Below, in pieces: positions 29,301 to 44,300 of a stretch of DNA of 64,000 nt. Made by a program: the position numbers and the translations under genes. The DNA is from Owenia fusiformis. Taxonomy: Eukaryota. The notes under the pieces are model-generated. The model worked only from the letters and a program-made list of their open reading frames with translations, was not told the origin of the DNA and did not search any database. Location: assembly GCA_903813345.2 (NCBI GenBank), contig CAIIXF020000001.1:42718001-42782000 (forward strand), in the 5' to 3' direction. Every line of letters begins with the position of its first letter. Positions within the stretch are counted from its first letter, which is position 1.

Positions 29301-32300
29301 TTTATTTGGCGATTGTCTTGTGTTATTGTTCTATTTTCAGTCAGTCAGAGACTCTACTTCATTATTTTAAATTTAAACCACAATTAGCTCGCAATTTTCA
29401 AATTCTAGCCAAAACTGTCCATTTTAACAGCCATTTTTAAGGAGCCAGCTTGAAATAAAGACAAATATTTTGGCCTTTATGAATTTGAAGGCATTTTGGG
29501 AACATCATATTTAACAGAGATTATAAACCTGTAAATCCAAATATGGACCAAGCAATCAATAAGTTCTAACCAAAAATGTCAAGTTTTAAATAAAATTGGT
29601 GACCATTTTGACCTGAGTTGCCATTTTGAAAATACTGTTTCTGAACACTTCTATCTGATTTATTGCTTGGACAGACAATTGTTTGAAAAAATGAATAGAA
29701 TGAGAGAAAGACAGCTTCACTATACCTGTACACAAGCCTTCTCCAGTGGGACCAACACTCTAAATAGGGGGGTTTATGTGCTTGTTTCAAAAGAGAACAT
29801 GTACATGAATGTTTGATACAAGTATAATGACCCCCAGGGATTCCTATCTCCTCTTTGTTTTTTCAAGGAAAATACGCCAAGTAGCAACTGCCAAGGAGGG
29901 AACTAGTCCCTCGAGAACCATCTACATGTCCACATGCAAGTTCGCTTGTGTTGAAATGTGTTACTCAACCTCTCTTGTATCAATTTACTTGCTTCACAAT
30001 CTTAAGAATCACACAAACTTTCAACAACAAAATCAAAGTCTTAACTTGGAGTACAGTAACATGTAAATAAATCAAAGTAGACATGATAAAATGTACATTT
30101 CTTCAAACTGGCAATTTCCTTCATATCCAGTCTCAGTCAATCTAATCTTACATAATCTTGATGTTTTCGGATAATGAACAATCACCTTGCCGTTTGCTGA
30201 CAATATTTCATCAACGAAATTCAAACACAATACTAAGTCCGTGAATATCAGTCAGATTAAGTAAATAGATATATGTCTAAAGCTCATGTATTTCACGCTA
30301 GTATGTGCCACTACAAACATCAAACAAGTCAAGGATAAACCACTGATCAAAGTGTATGTTTTACATGCCCGCACAGTCATCAGCACAAGACGATAGCAAT
30401 TTAGCACTTTTTGAAGTGCAATAAAAAGTATTTAATTGTAAATTTATGACTGCGGCCATCGTTTTTATTTCTTTTTGTAGTTTTTGAGCCACTGCTCTAA
30501 CAGCAACAACATGGCCATAGACACTGGAAAAGATTTAAACTAAAACACAGTATTTTAAGGGGGCACTGTGCATATCTGAGAAGAAAAAGGAGCAAAAATT
30601 ATGGAAATATGTTACTCACACAATATTAACTGAATACTATACAAAATTTATTTTGTGTTAATAATGAAGCAGAAAACCCACACAGAAACAGCATTAGAAG
30701 TTCAGAAATCAAAAGGTGCATGCACACTTTTCACTAAGATTTTTTGAATTCCTTTTATAGAATAGGAAACTGCTACCATACCATACCCCTAATGATATTT
30801 TCATCTGTTTTAGTATTTATTGAACAACTCTCGTAAACGTAGAACAATATAATGAAAAAATTTAAAAACTGAATTGAAGAAAAATACAATAAGTCGCAAA
30901 AGGCTGAGTGTACCAGGAACACATTGAAAATTATTAAAACACATTTCTGTCAAAATAGATGATTACTAGAAACAAATTTTATTGTCTATAAACACTTCAG
31001 TGGGGTCATTATTATCTCATTAATGAAGATAAAGATGAGGGAAATTATCTCTCTGAATGTAAAACAATCAATTTTGATATTTAGAGCCGAATGGTTTATA
31101 AATATTACAAAGGATTGCATAAACTACGTTAATAACAACAATTGGTTAATGTAGGAATTTAGATTCAATTATTACTCCAACAAATTTGTTGATGTCACTT
31201 TTTTCTACAGAGTGATATGTAACTAAAATGCTAAGAACCAAGGTGCCCTCTTGTAAAAATACTATCAATATGGTAAAAGTAAGCATCGGAAAGAATGTCA
31301 GTACAAAGCATGAAACGAATGTCAGTGTATTTGTACTAAAATATCTAATGAGTGCTTATAATTTGATTCAAACATAAAACACATAAAACATCTACTATTT
31401 TACGTTGAATAAGAAAGCATGCAGTTATTTAGATAACAAGATTCATGTGGCGCCTGCCAGCCCAGACAGATGCGTGAAAACGCAACAGCTCAAGATTACA
31501 ATAGCACTTTGAAAAATTGCAATTATAATTGTTACATTTTTTGATCTGGATGTGTCACAAAGTGGTTTCTGACTCTGTCCTCGAGCTGTCAAATATTTAA
31601 ATATACCAATGGTGGTGACCAAAATAATAAAAAATAAAAAGAAAGCTTGTGTGTTTGTGTGGGAGGGTACCACAAAAATCTTGTCATCAAAATCCCAGTA
31701 AAAACTTGAATTTTAAACAGATGCCAACATTTAGATTTTTTCGATAAAAAGTGTGATATTATCACTGTGTGTTTTGTTTTTATTTGAGATCATAACACCA
31801 AATGAAAGTGAAAACCCAATAAACAAGATACTACCAAAATACTTCAGATGATAAAACAGTACTGTGTCTGCAAATGACAACAATAGGCTTATACTGTACT
31901 TTTGCTACTCCCTAAAGACTACTCCTATATTAAGTTCTTTATCCTATTAATTCCTTGAAAACTTACAATTATACAAATAAAATCAACAACATTTTTCTGT
32001 ATGAATCAGTGATTTATTTCATTCTTGTGTTAAAAATAACTTTGAATAATTCGTCAACTTGGAAATGTTGACAATAAGCAGAAAAAAACAGATTCAAAAG
32101 TTATAAATGGGCCAATAGTTTTCAAAGGGCAATTAATCCACAATGTTACGAGTTTTGCCTGGATATTCTGTTTACCAAATATATATTAGTGTCTTATTTT
32201 TTGCGTCTTGTCTCCTGATTAAATTCAATGTTTGCTTATTATCTGCTAGCCGGAAGCTTCTTACTTATTTTCGATATCAATGTCACCTTAACCTTCTGGA

Positions 32301-35300
32301 AGTTTGAAAATTATGGTTTCCTCGGTTAATGCAATGTTAGACATTGTTAGATAGAACGTTAATTAAATTATTAATGGTAATTTTCATATAGCGATGTAAA
32401 TCCCTCTGAACATATGAATACCCTATGATTGTGAAAAATGTATTATAACTAAGACATGAATACCCATGTTATGACCATCATGCCAAAATAATGAAAGTAA
32501 CATCTAATTAAGAATAAGGAGTTTGACAAAACACTTCAGATCTTGAGATATTCAATATTTTCATGAGACATATGAAAGTGTTTTGGGTTTATATCCTGTC
32601 AACCTGTCATTTTTCTAATATGTGAAATAGATAGGGGACACAGGTGTTCTCTGCTGCGGGCTTGACACAGGCTTGGTAAAGTGACACAGAAAATGTTATG
32701 GGAGAAAGGAGTACATTTACAAATTAAACGAAACACGGGTTGTTCTTGTGAAGTTTTTTAACAACACATTGAAAAATCTTTGAAACTCCAAGACATCATC
32801 TCATCTTTTTAAGTTCATAAGAATATAAATAAAAATAGAACTGAAAGATAAACAGACAGAACTAGCTAGTATTATGTCATTAAGGTGCCACTCATCCGCA
32901 CTAACTTCCTAATCATAAAACATGCATAGCAAAAGAAAAAATAGATGGGATTGTCCTAACTAGAGCTCATCAACGAAGTATAATACAAGTACCTTCTGAC
33001 TAGATAGAATTGATTATTTTAGAGGTCGGCTTTCAACCAATCCGAACTCCCCTCCACCTAGATCTTTCGGAATCCTGCCACCCTTTGATATATCAGGGAA
33101 ACGTTGATATATTGACTAGCTTGAAAAGGTTGTATTTTAAAAATGAGTGCAGTAAGTTAATCTTGTTTTACAAGGTCTGATTTCTTCCTACAACCAATGA
33201 CATCATCAATTTAGCCAATGTATCATAGTTTTCTAATATATCAAAAGGTGGCAGGATTTATTGGAACGTCCTGAATACATATTTCTCAATTATTGATTTT
33301 TTCTGATTCTATACCCTTTTCTAAATTTTTAAATTGCAAATATTTTTCATAATCCAAGTGAAACACATTTATCTCAGACTTTGAAATTGTACTGTTTTCT
33401 TTGTATTTTTTAAAATTCATCATCATGCAGGCGTATATTGTCTATTTTTACCTACTGAATAATCATGCAATTTGTAATTCTAGAAGAATGCAATTACCTT
33501 ACATAGATCATTGTTCTTCATGCTGTAATTTGCTTTTTTGTTTGAGTGGTTAACAAATTTTTGGTGATGCAGTTATCTATTACTAGAAAGAACCCTCCTT
33601 TACATACAAATTGAATTAAAAGCAAATAAGACATGAATTTAGCCTAAGAATGTCAAGGATCTGAATCTTAAAAAGGTTAAATATTTCAAAAGGTCAACCA
33701 CTGCCAAGGATTATAAACTTCACAAAAGAGGATTTTGCCAAAATTCTAAGAATTGTGTAGAAATAATTGACACAAAATTGACAAGTCTGCCTATTATTGC
33801 TAAAAACTGCCAATTTTTCTGAAAATATACACCGAAGTTACAATTAAGCTATAATTACAATTTTGGCCGAAAATTGCTAATTTTGCCAAAATCTTTAAAA
33901 TATTCTTTACTAGTAGACAGGTTCCAATTTCAGAATATCTCAAGGGAAAGGGTTTTTGAGGCATTTTTTAGAAAAAGCAACAGACCTATTTCTTCTGAAT
34001 CAGTTTTTCATGCTGATAAAGATATTAAAAGATGACAGCTCAACGGGGTGGTCACGACACTGAATTTTAGCGTTTTTACCCCCCTAGGAAAATATTCTAG
34101 GGGGTACTATGAAACTAGTTCATAACTCAAAGGATATATAAACTATTGTTCTGAGTTCTACAGCATACATTGTTAGTACAGAGGTGAATACTACCCTAAA
34201 GTTATAGGTTGATATCTTTGTTGGTTTTGGAAAAATACAATTAATTAGAAAAAAATATGCAATTTTTGTCATTTTTTCTTGCTTATTTTATATTTGTAGC
34301 TTCAAGCAAAATATGATAACTTAAACAGCTCAAAGTAGTATTCTAACAACATTCCCAAGCTATGTGTGATATTGTAATACATCTATTATAGTGATGAAGT
34401 ACTATTTTGTAATTTTAATATGACTTTATAGTGCCCTACCCCTGGTAAATAGAAAGTTGGTGTGGGTTTCTTCTGGTTTTTTAACATTTTATTGTCTTCT
34501 TAGTTGAAGATACAATCAATTCTGTCAGTTAACCATGAGAAGCTTTACAATGGTTAACTATTCCCATGAATAGAGGGTTGGGACCTCAAAAATACTGTTA
34601 AGTGGCATCCTTGGGCAACCCTCTTCAGAGCATTTTCCTTATACTCCGATAAAACCTGCAGGGGATACTATAAGAAACCTATATATCTAAGATACTAATG
34701 AAGATACTGAATTCAAATTTTCAGGATTTGGTCCTGGTATGATAGGTAATCTGTATGACAAAAATGACAAAAAGAAAAAACTCTGTTGCCATAGTAACAA
34801 GAATACGACACTATTTGTTTCCTAAGAAATGTGTTTTAAGAGGTTTTGTCATTCTCTTCATATTTTTAATTCTAAATATGTCTACAATGTGGGATGATTA
34901 AAATTATGGTAAAGTAATCTTTTCTATTGTTCTATTGTTCTCTAAAACAGAAGTTGCTAGGGCGACACATAGATCATAGAAAAAAAATCCTGAGATGATC
35001 GCTCTATTTGTCAGGAAATTAAAATGGAAACTGAAAAATGAGTTTCTTCCTACTGAATAGCAATTTGGTAGACCATGGCTGACACGCACAAGAGAAAACG
35101 TCTATCAGTTCTATGTCATTTTGTTGTTATTCTTATTTATTTATCGTGCTCTGGGACTTATAACACCTAATGCAGAATCTTTTCCAACTGCAAAGGAAGG
35201 CAAGATTTTAATAATGAACATTCATATATCTCAACAGATATGGCCTAAGATTTGGACAATGATGATGAAACTCTGAGGGAAAATTAGACGAAACATTAAT

Positions 35301-38300
35301 GTGAGTGGTCCAAAAATAACACTTACATGTTTTGAAAAAGTTATGCTCTCGGGTGAATCAGTGCTCATTTAAGGATAGTCTGAATCAGGTGAATTTTTAA
35401 CCTAATTGTACCCCTCCCCCAAACCCCCAAATTTTGACAATTGTCGAAAAGTGGCAAACAACAATTAAACAAACATCATTAAAGTTCAATATGATTATTT
35501 CGCTTCTATGTCATAAAGATGTGGTATGATCTCAGGTCAATCAATAAATTTCACAAGTGACACTCTATCTTATGAAGAAAATATTATCGTATTTGAAGAC
35601 ATGTCAAGAATTTGGTGGAAATAATTTTGTCACTCCTGATTTGACTTGGAAAGGTTCAGGTAAGTAATCACAAACAATTTCAGACAGTTATATCTTTGAT
35701 TATGACTATTTTCTGACCATGAAGACAGGTATACAGGGATAATTAAGTCAATCGGACTCAGAGATATTTCACTAGCAATCAACCCATCACAATATTTTTT
35801 CAAAGTTGTTGACCTCATTTTCACCAAAAATGCCATCATTTTAACAATGTTAACAATTCGGTGTCTTTAAAGTCCCTGGAGCAATCCACTTTTCCTCTTA
35901 GGAAATAGAACATGTCTCAAAGCATATTCTAATTATGCATTCAACAATATAATTAAAGGTTGCATCTTAAAAATTAGGTCAACATTTTTAGTAAAAAGTA
36001 TGTTGATTGGGCAATTCCCTTTAATAACACTTAGGTCTGATTTCAATCATTATATTTACTTTTCTTGAAGATAATGAATAGATCTAAAAGATATAAGTCA
36101 GAAAATATTCATAATTCAAGTTAGAATTTTCTGAAGTTGTTTGCGATAACCTACATGCTCCTTGATAACATTATTATGTAAATACAGTAGAACCTGTGTA
36201 AGTGGAACACTCTCCGTTCTGCCACAAAGCGTTCCACTTAGAAGGTGTTCCACTTATGGAGGTTTTGGGTTCGCAGGGAACATACAAGATCAGATATAGG
36301 ATTTATATGTATCATTGGAAATATGATTCTCCCTTCATTACAGGGCAGGTATATACCATTAATAATCCATTTAATTTACTCAAAAAGGTATCTGACATTC
36401 TTAATCCTGCTCATTCTGCCAAAAATGTTTTCTGACATTCTTAATCCTCCTAATTGTGCCAGTCTCGGGTACAAAGATTAGGCAATTTAGTTTTAAAGAC
36501 TTGTTCCTACTGCTAATAATTCATTTTTAATCTTACTTATTAAGTTTGAAACAAACAGCAAGGGATATTAATTAGTGGTAGCATCACATGTCCAGTTCTA
36601 CAGGAGGTTAATCCAATTTTCTGAATGATAATCTTATGAAATCCTAATTTGCTGATTATCAAATTAATTATTGGTTGCATCACATGTTGACCTCTACAGG
36701 AGGTTAATCCATTTAAGTCCTAATTTGCCAATTATCACAGTATTACCTGTTTTGATACCCAGATATCATTGAAGGAGATTAATTCTGTTTACATATATCA
36801 ATATTGAAATCTATGGAAATTGACTGTTCCACTTAGCAGGTTAATTTTTCAATATGGGGTGTTCACTGTTCAAGTTTGGAGGTGTTCCACTTACAGAGGT
36901 TCAATTAACATTAAGTCAATGGGTTTTTAAAACGGGACTTTGAAAAGGCGTTCCACTTGGGAGGTGTTCCACTTACAGAGGTGTTCCACTTAGCAGGTTC
37001 TACTGTACATTACTTGTGCATGATGACCACCATAGTCTAGTTGCTCAAATGAGATCAATTGATGATTATAATGTTTAGACTTTATGTCAATGTCGAGACT
37101 GTATGCCAAACTCTCTAGTATGTGATTACACTAGATTTCATTATGATACATGTACTAAATTGAAAACTTACATATAAAATATCTTAAGTCCTATATTCTA
37201 GTAATAAATGAATTAGAATGTCACCTAACATTTGATGATGGTATGAATTTATTGATTTGGTGTCTATCTATACATGTTTCTAACTTAATGCTGCAAAATG
37301 ATAAAATTCACCGCATCCACTTTCTTCAATTTTCCAGGGGTAGGGCACTATAAAGTCATATTAAAATTACAAAAAAGTACTTCATAACTAAAATAGATGT
37401 ATTACAATACCACACATAGCTTGGAAATGTTTTTAGAATACTACTATGAGCTTTTAAAGCTGTCATATTGTGCTTGAAGCTACAAATATAAAATTGGCAA
37501 GACAAAAATTGCATATCTTTTTCCTGTTTTTTGTATTTTTCTGAGACCAATAAGGGTATCAACCTATAACTTTAGGATAGTATTCATATTTGTACTAGCA
37601 ATGTATGGTGTACAACTCAGAACAATAGCTCATATATCCTTTGAGTTATGAACTAGTTTCATAGTACCCCCTAGAATATTTTCCTAGGGGGGTAAAAATG
37701 ACAAAATTTAGTGTCGTGACCACCCCGTTGAGCTGTCATCTTTTAATATCTTTATCAGCATGAAAAACTGATCTAGTAAAAATAGGTCTGTTGCTTTTTC
37801 TAAAAAATGCCTCAAAAACTTGAATTATTGGAATTGGAACCTGTCTATAGGCCAAATGTTTTGCATGATCTTTATCTGTCAAAATTAAGGCATCCTATGT
37901 AAGAGACATGCCAGTAATTGAGGCTATACTCCTAATGTTACACGGCGACACCCACATTTAAAGATGAAATTTTTCATTTCCTGATTACCTTCCTTTCTCG
38001 GTCTAATTCACCTCTTCGGTAGATACAGGAAATCCCCTTTGGACAATGTGTCAAAAGGATGAGAGTTATTAAATGAAATGTTAACAACGAACCTTTGGTG
38101 ATTATTCACAGAATTAATTGGTAGATTAATCAGATTCCTTTGACGTCAGTTACTTTAAAACTAAACATGGGTCAGAGTGAACTTATATAAAATGTATGAA
38201 ACAAGTGCACAATTTGGATGTAATGGAATTTAATAGCCTTGAGAGGGTTTGATGTCTAATACAATTATGATACTTAAGAAGAGAGAAAATACCTCGATTC

Positions 38301-41300
38301 ACTGCTGAACAATTGAGAGTAAATTGATGTGACTGAATTGTTCTAAACCTTTAATGCACTTTGCGAGAAAAAATGACTGTATAGCTAAACACGATGATAA
38401 TGATTTTCAAAGAAAAAGACTCAATCATCCACAATAACGCAGACAGCTGTCAACTTTTGAATGCAAGATTACAAGAAGGGAAGATGACATGCAGTAAATT
38501 ATCAAGTCCTGATGAAGAAATCACGATGTCGAAGAGATATTTCAAGAATGAAAGATTACATTAATTATGTAATATTTGCTTCCTTGATCATATTAATCTT
38601 TCCAATATACAATCCTAGCTTCTTGGAATACGTGAAATAACAAAATGTAATGATTACAAACAACAAAACTAATAGGAAGCAGGTATTACATGAAACGAAT
38701 CATCATAAGAAGCAATGAGTTATATAAAGCAAATATAACATGAAGTGAAGATGACATGTACCTCTGATTTAGCATCCTGGGCTGCGTACTTTCGCATAGA
38801 AATAATCTGTGTTGTAGCATCAGAGAGGATACAAACTCTCGCCAAATCATCGCCACATACTTTCAAACAGCCATCTAATGAGCTCATTATCAACCTATAA
38901 TTAAGATCATATTACTAATTACCCAAGATTTTAAATCATTAATCATAAACTGACATTACAAAACTTTCTCATTTAGATCAGGATGTGGAGATGAAAATGC
39001 GATGATGATCGAATTTGAAAAACAATACTTGTTTGTTTTTCTATTGTTCCAGTTAAAGGCAGAATCAGATATATAGGGGTGACAAAATTACTAGCAACAT
39101 GTAAAATTGACCTACCAATCTATTCATTATAATCTCATATACTATATCTCCAAATATTTAATGGTTGATCAATTTTTAGCAATGACATCTATTGCTGGTC
39201 AAGAACACTTATGTAATTGAAGTATTTATTAATAAACAAGGCATCAACATGCAAAATGTCACTACCTGCCATTTGTTGCCAAATGCAAAATATCAACCTC
39301 CGAACACTGTCCACAAAAAAAGTTGGAAATTGTATCAAAATGTCACCACTTCTTGAGGTGGTGACATAAAACAGTTGGAGATTATAACAATATGTTACCA
39401 CTTGTGATGGTGACATAACAGCCCACCTGGCTCCTACATTTATGCACAGGCTGTGTAATTTACAGACCTACAGTATTCTGTCTTTCCATGTGCAAACAGA
39501 ATATGCAGATAAGTGTGGTAATTACTACAGTGTATACATGTATTTCCGCCAATTCATGATATTAAAGTTACCATTGACACCTATAATAAGAAGTAATATC
39601 AATCCACCATGAATGTTAGTTCAGCTGTAATATAATTCCAGCTTTTAAATGGTAATGTTTTGAACAAACACAAGACAGAATATTGACATGAGACATCTCA
39701 GTTCTTCTAGGTAATCACCTATCATTAGTATCACATTCTAAGACATTATTCTAAGAATTTTACATCTTCAGGCAACCATGATGAACTTACTCAAGTATTG
39801 CTCATTTCTCAGTAACTTGGCTCTTAATAATTAGAAAATTTCTGCTTGATTTTCATTGTTTCTCACTTTTGTGTGAAATTATGTAAAGTTTAAATTTAAA
39901 TGTGGTTCAGGATTATTCCTTGCAGTCTTTGTACTTTGTTTTTTATTAATGGACCATTATGTAACTTTATCTAAGGGAGACAACTGTCAACTGTCAAGTA
40001 TGTAGTTGTTTACGAGATTTTCGGTTCAGCATCCATTTAATGTCTTTTGATCAATCAAATAGGACAGGTAATGGTCTCTTTGACATTTAGGAAAAACAGA
40101 TTTTTCTGATAATTAGTTCGGGATATTGCATTGTCCTTATAATCCCTATAAATGTTGGATTAACCCAATATCCTAGACCTTCTATGGGATAATCTGCATT
40201 TAGGAAGCCTATCATCAATATGTTGCTATACTGAATTGCTTTACAGAAGCTGTACAATGGGATGCCAGGTAATTGAAACTGCCATGAATCCATCTTCGCA
40301 CGCTCAGTCTTCACTGCGTTCATCCGACCGACGGGAGCTGAGTGAATGAAGATGCCATGAATCTAAAAGGGACTTGTATTGCTCTCAAAAAATTCCATGT
40401 CATCAAAGTGTGATGCTAATATCAGGCTATTCAACGACTATAGCTCATATCACAATTCAAGGTTGATCATTCATGGGCGTAGCGCTATATTTAGAGGTTA
40501 TGTCACTATGACGTGAAATATGCCTGAGTTCTCCCAATATAGGCCGACCTTGGGAGGCTCTATATTTGGGCAAGAACGAAGGCATATTTCACGTCATAGT
40601 GACATAACTGATGTATTACATGCCTTTGTTCCCATGGTTACTTTGTATCAATGACGTGACGTCATGATATTATCATGGTTATTAAAGAAATCTAATATCA
40701 AAACGAGGTAAGCGGGCTATATCGGGGTAATCGGGCAATATCGGTGGATATAGCTCGCTAACTTTCCCATTGACTTCCATACAAATGCTTCGCTAGGTAT
40801 GTTATACTTCTAAGTAGTACGCCACCGGGGAAACAAGAGTTGACCGAAGCAAAAAACGAGCGTTTAGGGGGGTCTGGGGGGTTCTCCTCCAAGAAAATTT
40901 TGAAATTTGGTTGTTTGGTGTGAATTTGCAACCATCTGGTACGCATGTGCGTACCCAGCGTACAGGGCGCTACGCCTTTGTCATTAATTCCAGAGTGTAA
41001 AATGAAATCATGACTCTAGGAAAGGGTAAGTTCCTACCTGGTTAGTGTGTAGTCTCCAGTGCACAGCCATACTTGTTTACGTCGGTTAGTGCAAACAATG
41101 TTTATCACCTGGTAGCCCATACTTAACTATAAACAAAGTGAACAATATATTATAGCGGGTTCATCAAGAGACGCTAGATAACAGAAATGCTAAGCCATAG
41201 CAAATTCAATTGAACAACCGTAGCTGCCATTTTAACAATCCCTCTACTACTTTTTCAGTTATAGCAAAAATAATGAGCTCATAAAAGAACACATAAAAAT

Positions 41301-44300
41301 GGCCACAATTTTTCAAAATAGTCGCTTACTAGCCAAATTGTCAAAGTGTTATATAAGATGCTCTTAAATGGAGACACATATAGAATTTTAACAAAATCAC
41401 ACCAATACTTTTTTAGTTATGGTAAAAAACGTAAAATATGTTATTTTATGTTTTTACTTGCCAATGTGTTTAAGACAATGAACCATGCTTATGAGTATTC
41501 ACATGTCAAATATGAATGAAATCGTTCAACTAATTTTCCAGTTACAGTAAAAACTAAAAATCATAAAATAGTGTGTAACGGTCACCATTTTTCAAAATGG
41601 CCACCATGGTATTTTTGATATTTAGATTTTCAACTCAATCAATATCCTATTTAATTTTTACATTTAAAAGACATTAATATTACAGGTTTATATTTTGTAC
41701 CTAAAATACTGTAAAACTGACACTCAAATGGTGGCCATTTTGAAACTGGCAACCATTTTGAAAATCCACTTTCGAGCAGTGCTTGTACTCTCATGGGGCA
41801 TATACATATAAAATATTGACAATATATTGGACGGTCCAATGGTACTTACTGCCTGGATGAACAGATTTCCGTTGAAAAGTTTACAATATTGGGAGGTTGT
41901 CAACTGAGGGTGAATCATCCAAAGGATGCATGAGCCAATATAAATCCTTGTTTTAGTCCTTACAGTTTTATTTACTATTTAAGACATTTCATAGGATCAT
42001 GGTCTGTACATATACTTGATACTTAAATCAAAATTTCCCAATAACACACAAATAGAGGGATTCTGAAACTTCACCAATAAAAGGTGAAATTGATTTTTAC
42101 AAATTCATAGTGATCTATACTACACTATTACTACATAAACAGAGGTATTCCCCCACTGACCCCAACCTGTGTACCCTTGAGTATTATTCCAGGATCGCGC
42201 CTTTTATACTAAACAGTGAACAACACAAAAACAACTGTTCGATTTGTTTAAACGATATGTGTTACCCTTTAAAATCAGAGGAAGGAATACCTGACGAAAC
42301 CATAATTGCGAAATAATGATCAGAAATCCACGCACTAATAACTGACCTACTTACTAATTGAGGTAACATTGATTTCTAAGTACTAAGATAAGATTATTCT
42401 GATGTTCAGTATCAATCAACAAAAACCTCAAGTCCAGAGAATAAGAGATGCAACTGATTAGACTTACATGGTACATAGCATTCTGTACAGTCAATTACCA
42501 AGAATCAATAAGTTGTTTTTTCTAGAACTACTCTCAATTTGATGGATAAATGTTTGAGACCATTGAACCCAGGTGTGTCAAAGAGGCACTTAATGTCTTG
42601 TAAATGAAATGACTTACTGAAATGAAATCAATTTCTCTGAAGGCGATTCTCCTGTCCAAGTCCAGGTTATTCATCTTTGGATGTAGAATGTAGATTGCAA
42701 TTGACGTTAAAAGCAGGAATTTGGTTTCAAGCTGTCCCTCGGTGTGTCCTTGAGTCAAAGCAAACATCTAAAAAGCGATCAGTGATTTGATTAGATATCA
42801 TTTCTAAGATTAATTATTTTAAGTAGGTGATTTATCTAAAAGAGAGGACGAATCATACAGTGGGGGATAATCGCTCTTAATAGACAAATCAGTCGGCATA
42901 CACAAAGCCTAATCAGGTCTCGATTATCATACTATGGGTCATCCCTGATACTATAATTGATTCAATATCTGAAACAGTCAAACTGCAAACATAATAGTGA
43001 AGTTCTAAAATGGCTGGATTAGAATCTCAAAATGGCTGTCATGTAGTTTAATTAACATGCTCAATTTGTCTAGTTTAAAAGGGGACATAATCGTGTCGGA
43101 GGAGTTATATAAAAATAACTTTTGTGGAATAACACCATATAAATTATCACAATCGGTAGTTTTAAGACAAGCATTCCACCCACTCTCCTACCTACTTAGT
43201 CAATAGGACAAGAAGATGACACAATAGCACATTTTACGTGTGATGATAACAAACATCTTAAGAGTAGTTAATGGTCTTTACGTATATATAACTGATGACT
43301 TTACGTAAATAGCAATTGCATTTATTAGATGGAATTTGAAGCTAAGAAGAGGAGGTAATTTATATAATTTAACTCATCAACACTCTCTGTGTCAGCCTAT
43401 GGCAATTTCCTCTCAAATAATTATCTTCTGAGATGTCAAGATAGCAGTAAATTATGTCAAGATAGCAGTAGATTATGTCAAGATAGCAGTAAATTACGTC
43501 AATTTACGTGAATTTAAGTTCAGCTTTCCTAGTATTACCTTTGTATAATTATATTTCCTCTTCAGGTATTTTCTGTAACAAATCTTATTTCTCAGAATCA
43601 GAACTGATGTAGGTATGTGTGAATTCTTTAAGTTATAAATGTAGATAAAAATAAATAAATATAACACAATTCTATGGGAAAAAAGTATTGACACATAATT
43701 AATTGTTGTGTTTTTTAAATAAGCTAAAGCCCATCGTAGTGTTTTTAAAAATAGGTAATGCCTATTGTAGTATATTTTTGAAATTAGGTACTGGATTGTG
43801 TTGTATGTTTTTGAAATCAGGTATTACCTTCTGTAATCACGCGTACTTCAGTACTAACTCACCGGGGCGTATCGAAACCAAAACGCCCCGCAAAACCGTT
43901 AATTTGAATTTCAAATCTACCCTGTCTTTGGAAAATCAATGATTGTGAGTCCCACACTTCACCGTTTATCTTCAAACTTGTTTGTTTACAAAGTCCCTCG
44001 TTTTAGTGGCATTTTGGTCCCCAGATGTGAGAAGCTGCAAATCCTCAGGAATTTCAACCACAATCCTTGATATCTCGCCAGTTCTTCTATCACTCTCCCC
44101 CATATTCTGCGCAAGGACTCCCATAACAACCCTCCATCGCTGCATCAACATGTTTATTACATGAAACGCAGCAATTCTGAAAAGTCCTACGCAATTGTTC
44201 GAAATTGACCAAAACGCACCATTGTCTTCCAAAACACCAGAGATGGAGGGTTGTAATGGGAGTCCTTGTGACCTTGTGCAAAATATAGGGGAGAATAATA

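Noticed and set aside
30085..30260. ~57-codon open stretch on the minus strand (IFTDLVLCLNFVDEILSANGKV...)
   Set aside because: No start, splice context or recognisable motif; may be a TE remnant but cannot be supported
31744..31769. CACAGTG terminus resembling an RSS heptamer or Transib/RAG-like transposon end
   Set aside because: No nonamer-like motif, no 5-bp TSD, the left end is CCCAGTG, and no RAG/Transib coding remnant was seen
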